Below, one piece after another: positions 50,758 through 55,825 of a DNA stretch of 55,825 nt. Positions within the stretch are counted from its first letter, which is position 1; each line of letters begins with the position of its first letter. Source of the stretch: a virus (lineage: Duplodnaviria > Caudoviricetes). The stretch is from the IMG/VR virus record IMGVR_UViG_3300017706_000806, positions 1 to 55,825 of that record. One strand, written 5' to 3'. A program made the translations under genes and the position numbers. Below the pieces are notes generated by a model. It was given only the letters and a program-made list of their open reading frames with translations. It ran no database searches and was not told the DNA's origin.

Positions 50758-53607
50758 TTATGATCCCATCTTTCCTGTATAAAATGGTACTGCCATTTTT
50801 TTAATTTTTTTGCCTTTTGAACCCACTTCTAATCCTTTCTTTACTGTTGGGTATGAAAGAGGCATTCCTTTTCTTTGTGCTTCTGCTGCAGCATTAGTTA
50901 TATCACGTGGGTTACTATTATCCATACCCATATATAACTTTAAAAAATCCATATCAATTTTTTGATCTGGAGGTAGGTTTTTTCTTAAATCACTGTAAGC
51001 GTCTAATAAAGCTTTTTGATTGTCTGATCCAGGCCCAACTTTTTTTAATGCATTGGGATTAGTAAAGTTAATCATACCCCCAGTTAAAGGATTTACTGCA
51101 TAGTTATCATACATAGAATTCATATTAAATGTATTAGCTCTATTTGTAAGTGCAGTATTTTGGAGTAGAGCATTCTTCATAATTTTATTATTTCTAAAAG
51201 TCTGAGCATTCTGCAATGTTGCATTAGTATCATCATACGTCTTGATATTTCTTTTGTCATTTTCAAGATTTATAGCCATGTCTAGTTGCGGTTGCATTGC
51301 AGCCACTCTATTCATTATACCAACATTATTTGTATTAGTCTGCCCAATAGCTTTCATATTTGCATCTAACGTCTTTCCTTGTACGTTAGACATAGCAGCA
51401 ACAGCACCTGGACCTCCTATAGTACCTGCTATTCCTGCATTCATTGTATTAGCTGCAGCAGTATTAGCATTAGCTCTTGCTCTCCAATCATCTAAAGTAT
51501 AATCTATTTTTAATCTTTCAGCGTCTGGTGACCATGGACCAAAATAGTCGTCATTCATTAAATTTAATGCTATTAAATTATTTTGATCTTGTCTCCAAAA
51601 CTCAGGTTTAGCAGGCATATATTCTTCTGGTATAACTGTATCTATTTGATCTTGTTCTTCTGTTATAGCATCAATGAGAACAGTATCACTATCTAAATCC
51701 ATCTTCTTTAAACGTGGAGTATTAAAAGTATGAAGACCTTCAACTCCATCATATCTAGATCCACTTACACCATCCTCAGAAAAATAAGGAACATAACTAT
51801 CCAAACTTCCAAATTGCTCTAGATGTTCTTTTTTTCTAGTTTTCTCAGCAAGAACTTGGAATTTTTTCCATTGTGGATCATTAGCATCATTATCAAAACT
51901 AAACCCATCAATCTGTTCTATAACATCACCCCATCTATTTTTAAAATCTTTTATGGATGCTTCACTTCTAATTTCGGGAGAACCATAGGCATATACACCA
52001 CTGCTTTTAATTCCTTTAATATTCTTATCATATTCACCATTTACTATTTGATTATTGTAAATAGCTCCTTGTCTCAACGGTCTATTTCCACCCGAAAGTA
52101 TACCAGGTAAATATTGATAACCACTATCACTACGCTCCTCAATTGCTCTTTGTTGACCTGCAATATCTTCATTATATATAGGTGTACTGCCGCTTCCTCT
52201 TTGATTTCCTGCAGATGTAGCCTGAGAAGGTTTATAACTTCCTCTAGATTGTATTAATTTAATTTCAGTTTTACCATCAGGACGTACTACAGTTGTTGTA
52301 GTATAGTTACCTGTATTAAGTTTTTTATTCCACTCTTCATATTTTGGATGGTCTTTCTTTAAAGGATTATCAGGAATAACTATTTCTCTCTCCTCAGTCT
52401 CATTAACTTCAGTCTCATTAACTTCAATCTCTCGTTCAGAAGTATCAATTTCAGGTTCTCTGCTAGGATCATATATAATCCTAGGCTGCTGTGGTGGAGC
52501 AGATGCAGGTTCAGGTTGAAATCTGTAGTCATAATTCATACCCATAGGGGTTATGTCTATATTATTAGGAATACCATCACCATCAAAATCTTGGCCTGTA
52601 GGAAAAATATTTGAGCCTGGATATAAGCCGGGGTTTGATAGACCCAGACCCATAGTTCCAAACAAAGGATTATTACCCAATTGAGCTTTAGGTAACTCTA
52701 CACCATCTTGTGCCATAACAACAGTATCTTCTACAACTTCTTCCATAGGTTCTTCCATAGGTTGTTGCATAGCTTGTCCTCCTTCCATAGGTTGTTGCTC
52801 TTGCATTCCCTGTGTAGCACGTTGATCAGCTTGAGCCATCATTTGTTGAAGCATCATTATTTGTTCTTGCTGTTCAGGTGGAAGAGCTGCAATAGCATTC
52901 ATTTGTGCTTGCTCTCTACTAATCTGTTCAACTTGTGCAGTAAACTCAATTGGATCAATACCTTGTTGTATTAAATATGGATGAGCTGCTAATGGTACAC
53001 CATTTTCAAATTTCTTTTTTACTTCCTGCCCATAAGCTAATTCAGATAACTTATTCATGTTTTTGTTTAACATTAGCTCTGCACTTCTCATTTGTATATC
53101 ATCAGCAAATTGATCTTCCATTGCCCCATAATATTTATTTAAATCATACTTTCTAGAAATTGTTGCTGGAGTTTTCTTCTTTTTGCTTTCAATACCAAAC
53201 ATGGCCATTTCATTTCTAGTAAACTTCATTTTATCTGTATCAGAATAAATAAAAGATTGCTCCGGTAAAAACATTGGAACACCACCACTTGAATGACGTG
53301 GACCTTTAATACCATAAAGACCAAATCTACCATCATTAGTTAAATCAGTAAGGACTGTTTCTCCTCCTTCTGCTTCAATATTAGCTTTATCTCTTGGAAC
53401 ACTAGAAAGACTATATCTAACGTCTTCATCAAGATCATCATTAAAATTAGTATTACTACTACTATAACCTTGTGGTGTTGTAACTAAACCATAATCAAAC
53501 TGATCACCTGTCACATAACCACCATCTCTCATTGATTGGTCTTTTTGTATTTTACCATCAACAAGTTTAAAGCCTTCAGGTAGCTTATTTATTTTAATCT
53601 TTGCCAT
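50758..53607 (-). CDS. Virion cargo protein
   Basis: 949 aa. NIEAEGGETV...GPRHSSGGVP...FIYSD N-terminal domain, Q/M-rich linker and Ala/Asn-rich helical C-terminus. Confidence 0.7.
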   Translation of the reverse strand: MAKIKINKLPEGFKLVDGKIQKDQSMRDGGYVTGDQFDYGLVTTPQGYSSSNTNFNDDLDEDVRYSLSSVPRDKANIEAEGGETVLTDLTNDGRFGLYGIKGPRHSSGGVPMFLPEQSFIYSDTDKMKFTRNEMAMFGIESKKKKTPATISRKYDLNKYYGAMEDQFADDIQMRSAELMLNKNMNKLSELAYGQEVKKKFENGVPLAAHPYLIQQGIDPIEFTAQVEQISREQAQMNAIAALPPEQQEQIMMLQQMMAQADQRATQGMQEQQPMEGGQAMQQPMEEPMEEVVEDTVVMAQDGVELPKAQLGNNPLFGTMGLGLSNPGLYPGSNIFPTGQDFDGDGIPNNIDITPMGMNYDYRFQPEPASAPPQQPRIIYDPSREPEIDTSEREIEVNETEVNETEEREIVIPDNPLKKDHPKYEEWNKKLNTGNYTTTTVVRPDGKTEIKLIQSRGSYKPSQATSAGNQRGSGSTPIYNEDIAGQQRAIEERSDSGYQYLPGILSGGNRPLRQGAIYNNQIVNGEYDKNIKGIKSSGVYAYGSPEIRSEASIKDFKNRWGDVIEQIDGFSFDNDANDPQWKKFQVLAEKTRKKEHLEQFGSLDSYVPYFSEDGVSGSRYDGVEGLHTFNTPRLKKMDLDSDTVLIDAITEEQDQIDTVIPEEYMPAKPEFWRQDQNNLIALNLMNDDYFGPWSPDAERLKIDYTLDDWRARANANTAAANTMNAGIAGTIGGPGAVAAMSNVQGKTLDANMKAIGQTNTNNVGIMNRVAAMQPQLDMAINLENDKRNIKTYDDTNATLQNAQTFRNNKIMKNALLQNTALTNRANTFNMNSMYDNYAVNPLTGGMINFTNPNALKKVGPGSDNQKALLDAYSDLRKNLPPDQKIDMDFLKLYMGMDNSNPRDITNAAAEAQRKGMPLSYPTVKKGLEVGSKGKKIKKMAVPFYTGKMGS
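52394..52423. repeat. 15-bp tandem repeat (EVNET x2)
   Basis: TCAGTCTCATTAACT twice, followed by a partial third copy. Confidence 0.8.
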
Positions 53608-53609
53608 AA

Positions 53610-55784
53610 TTATAAAATTTCTATATCTGCTCCAGCTGCAATTAACGCAGCTAAAGTATCATTATCTACATTTATTTCTCCACCTTCAGCCTTCATTTCA
53701 CTTCCATACTTGGTTGTAGCAAACAAACCAGTAACTTTATCTGCATCAGAACCATAACGCCCACTATTAACATCTGGTCCTAAACCTCTTTTAAAATTAG
53801 GATCTTCATATGTACCGTATATATTATCTGCTAACAGACTATTATACTGATCTACTTTAGCATTGTTAATGTTGACGTCATCAAAAAAATCATTTGCCGT
53901 ATCTGCAAGATTAACCGCAAACTCTGAGGCATCTGCATAAGCATTAACAATATTACTATCCTTAAGTCTTTCTAAATTTCCTGCAAATCTATTTTTTCTT
54001 TTTACTTTAGGATCATCATATTCAAGTGTTTCTGTAGGTGTTGCTTGTCCAGCATTATTTGCCTCAAAAGATTCCAATAACTCCTTAAGGTTTAATTCAT
54101 CCATCCATATACGTCCCATTTGAGCTTTAGGTAAACTTCCACCATCTTCAAATGATGTGTTATTATACATTTGACGGGCTTGAGATAAAGGAGTGCTTTG
54201 CAACATAACTGCATTCTTTATTCTCCATTCTTCAAAAGTAGGAACGTTTCTTGGTGGTTGCTTAGATGTATTAGTCATTGCAGGTGCACTTGGTATCATT
54301 GCTAAAGGAGCTGCAACAATAGGAGCAACAGCTTGATTAATTGCAGGAGAATTACCTGTTGCAGATCTATTATAACCCATCATTGTATTATACTGATTAG
54401 GATTATCTGTATCTGGATCTACATAACTTACTGCACCGGTATCTGGATCAATACTAAGTGTTGTTCCTTCTGGTGCATTTTTTAAATCTTCTCCATAATC
54501 TAAAATGGTTTGTCTAGTTGTATCATCTACACGGTTAAAGTAATTTAAATTTTCACCTTCCAATGCATTTTCTATTGACTTGTTACCATCTAATAAACTT
54601 TTCTTTTTTAAACCAAATCTATCTCTATACTCATATTCTTCTGGTCCTCTACTAGATGCAAATACATCATATTTTCCAGTTTCCGTATTAAAGTTAGCAT
54701 ATGAATTTTCATTAACATCATCTGTAAAATCTTGTAAAGATCTTAACTTACCTTTTCCAATTCTTTTTGATGCATTAAACAAATCTAAATTATCAAATCC
54801 ATAATCATTAGGATCATTTAGATCTGTTTTAATCTCATAATCATAATAGTTACCCTTGTTTAATTGATTTGCTTTCTTTTTTCTTTTCCAATCTCTAAAA
54901 GAACCATCCTTAGTTCCATCTTCATTTTTGTCACCAGCAAACATTCTACCAAAACCTTGACCCAAAACATTGACAAGTTTACCAACACTAAAATTATCAG
55001 AACTTTCAAAAGCTAATGGATTAATATAATTAGGAGCAAATGTAACTTTATCTTGTTTATTTATTATTCCTGTACCCATTTGTGCTTTAGGAGCATCATG
55101 TCCGTAACCGGCTTCTTTAAGTCTAAGATGTGTCTCCATATCTTTAGCTCTAATCTTTCTATCACCTTTATACATAAAGTGTGGTTCAAAAGTTTTCTGT
55201 TCACCACCTTCTTCTTTTTTCCATCCTGCAGCATTCTTTGCAAAATTAGCCATCTTAACTACAGACGGTGGATATGCATCAGTATTGCTCATAACTTTAT
55301 TATAAGCTTCAGATACTGACATACCACGTGCTTTAGCCCATCTAGTAAACTTACCTTTATTCTTAGGATCTATTTCTATACCAGACTTTGCTTGAAGTTG
55401 TTGAGCCATTGCATCTTGTTGAGCAACCATTGATTGCTGTTGTTGCATCTCCGCTTCTTCAATCATTGACTCATTTCTAGCAATCTCCTGTGGATTTTTA
55501 GTTTGTTGCTCTGGAGTTGATGGAGGTGCAGGTTGAGAATTTTCTTGAACCTTATTAAATAATGCAATAACATCTTCCTCTTGATAACCCAATTGCATAA
55601 ATGCTTGAGCAATCATTTGCTGATCTACTTCTTGTTGCATTAAACTCATAACAACATCTGTTGGATCCTGCCCTTCATTTACAGATGTACTTACAAATTC
55701 TGTAATTTGTTGAATAGCGGGATCAACTGATTGATTTGTAGCAGGTCCACCCATCTGTTTTAAACTTAATTTGTTTACTTTCAC
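53610..55784 (-). CDS. Modular virion cargo protein
   Basis: 724 aa, GTG start. Q-rich N-terminus and mini-domains separated by xxGG/KAQMG motifs. Confidence 0.7.
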   Translation of the reverse strand: MKVNKLSLKQMGGPATNQSVDPAIQQITEFVSTSVNEGQDPTDVVMSLMQQEVDQQMIAQAFMQLGYQEEDVIALFNKVQENSQPAPPSTPEQQTKNPQEIARNESMIEEAEMQQQQSMVAQQDAMAQQLQAKSGIEIDPKNKGKFTRWAKARGMSVSEAYNKVMSNTDAYPPSVVKMANFAKNAAGWKKEEGGEQKTFEPHFMYKGDRKIRAKDMETHLRLKEAGYGHDAPKAQMGTGIINKQDKVTFAPNYINPLAFESSDNFSVGKLVNVLGQGFGRMFAGDKNEDGTKDGSFRDWKRKKKANQLNKGNYYDYEIKTDLNDPNDYGFDNLDLFNASKRIGKGKLRSLQDFTDDVNENSYANFNTETGKYDVFASSRGPEEYEYRDRFGLKKKSLLDGNKSIENALEGENLNYFNRVDDTTRQTILDYGEDLKNAPEGTTLSIDPDTGAVSYVDPDTDNPNQYNTMMGYNRSATGNSPAINQAVAPIVAAPLAMIPSAPAMTNTSKQPPRNVPTFEEWRIKNAVMLQSTPLSQARQMYNNTSFEDGGSLPKAQMGRIWMDELNLKELLESFEANNAGQATPTETLEYDDPKVKRKNRFAGNLERLKDSNIVNAYADASEFAVNLADTANDFFDDVNINNAKVDQYNSLLADNIYGTYEDPNFKRGLGPDVNSGRYGSDADKVTGLFATTKYGSEMKAEGGEINVDNDTLAALIAAGADIEIL

Positions 55785-55803
55785 AACAATTATTTTATAA
55801 TAT

Positions 55804-55814
55804 TAATATACAAA
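55804..55814 (-). promoter_or_regulatory. Putative late promoter (TTTGTATATTA)
   Basis: Third exact copy, 20 nt upstream of the 55784 start. Confidence 0.55.
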
Positions 55815-55825
55815 TAAATCCAGAG

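Noticed and set aside
52573-52590. DFDGD as a second RNA polymerase active site
   Set aside because: It lacks the preceding NA/GA and any barrel context, lies in a low-complexity linker and fits a Ca-binding loop better.
52730-52800. PMEE/QQPM short repeats as a functional array
   Set aside because: Consistent with ordinary slippage in a Q/M/E-rich disordered linker.
1517-55319. Short antisense or alternate-frame ORFs in the track (e.g. 3969-4271, 22208-22534, 35029-35511, 46243-46581)
   Set aside because: They are shadows of long genes, with no motifs or expression signals.
1-55825. Stop-codon reassignment (TAG/TGA) known from some crAss-like phages
   Set aside because: Genes up to 14.6 kb are intact in the standard code, TAG and TGA both end genes, and no suppressor tRNA was seen.
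1-55825. tRNAs, CRISPR arrays, integrase, transposase or DGR reverse transcriptase
   Set aside because: No cloverleaf, repeat-spacer array or matching protein motif was seen, and intergenic gaps are very short.

Overview
AT-rich, gene-dense segment of a crAss-like (Crassvirales-type) dsDNA phage, read in the standard genetic code. The host is most likely a marine Flavobacteriia species, inferred from Bacteroidota-type TTG-N20-TAnnTTT(G/A) promoters, A-rich start contexts without Shine-Dalgarno sites and a flavobacterial class Id ribonucleotide reductase. From 1 to 17.5 kb (+ strand) is a replication module: DnaB, Sak4-like ATPase, SSB-like protein, primase, RusA-like resolvase, a vWA-peptidase/MoxR cluster with three related partner genes, PD-(D/E)xK exonuclease, PolB, MazG, a spore-photoproduct-lyase-like radical SAM enzyme, DUF932 and Nmad1. 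From 17.5 to 23.6 kb (- strand) are a tail-fibre-like gene, small basic proteins, a 26-aa CDGSH peptide and holin-like genes. From 23.7 to 27.0 kb is a + strand RNR island. From 27.0 to 55.8 kb (- strand) are five large virion cargo genes, including a 4874-aa polyprotein with the DFDID virion RNA polymerase. The most notable observations are: (1) only two cysteines in about 9,500 cargo residues, at the adjoining termini of two neighbouring proteins; (2) in-frame cassettes in the vRNAP gene flanked by direct repeats; (3) a five-gene MoxR/vWA cluster whose partners share a helical module; (4) a recurring 'KAQxG/xxGG' motif that separates modules in late proteins. All calls come from manual motif reading; no searches were run.
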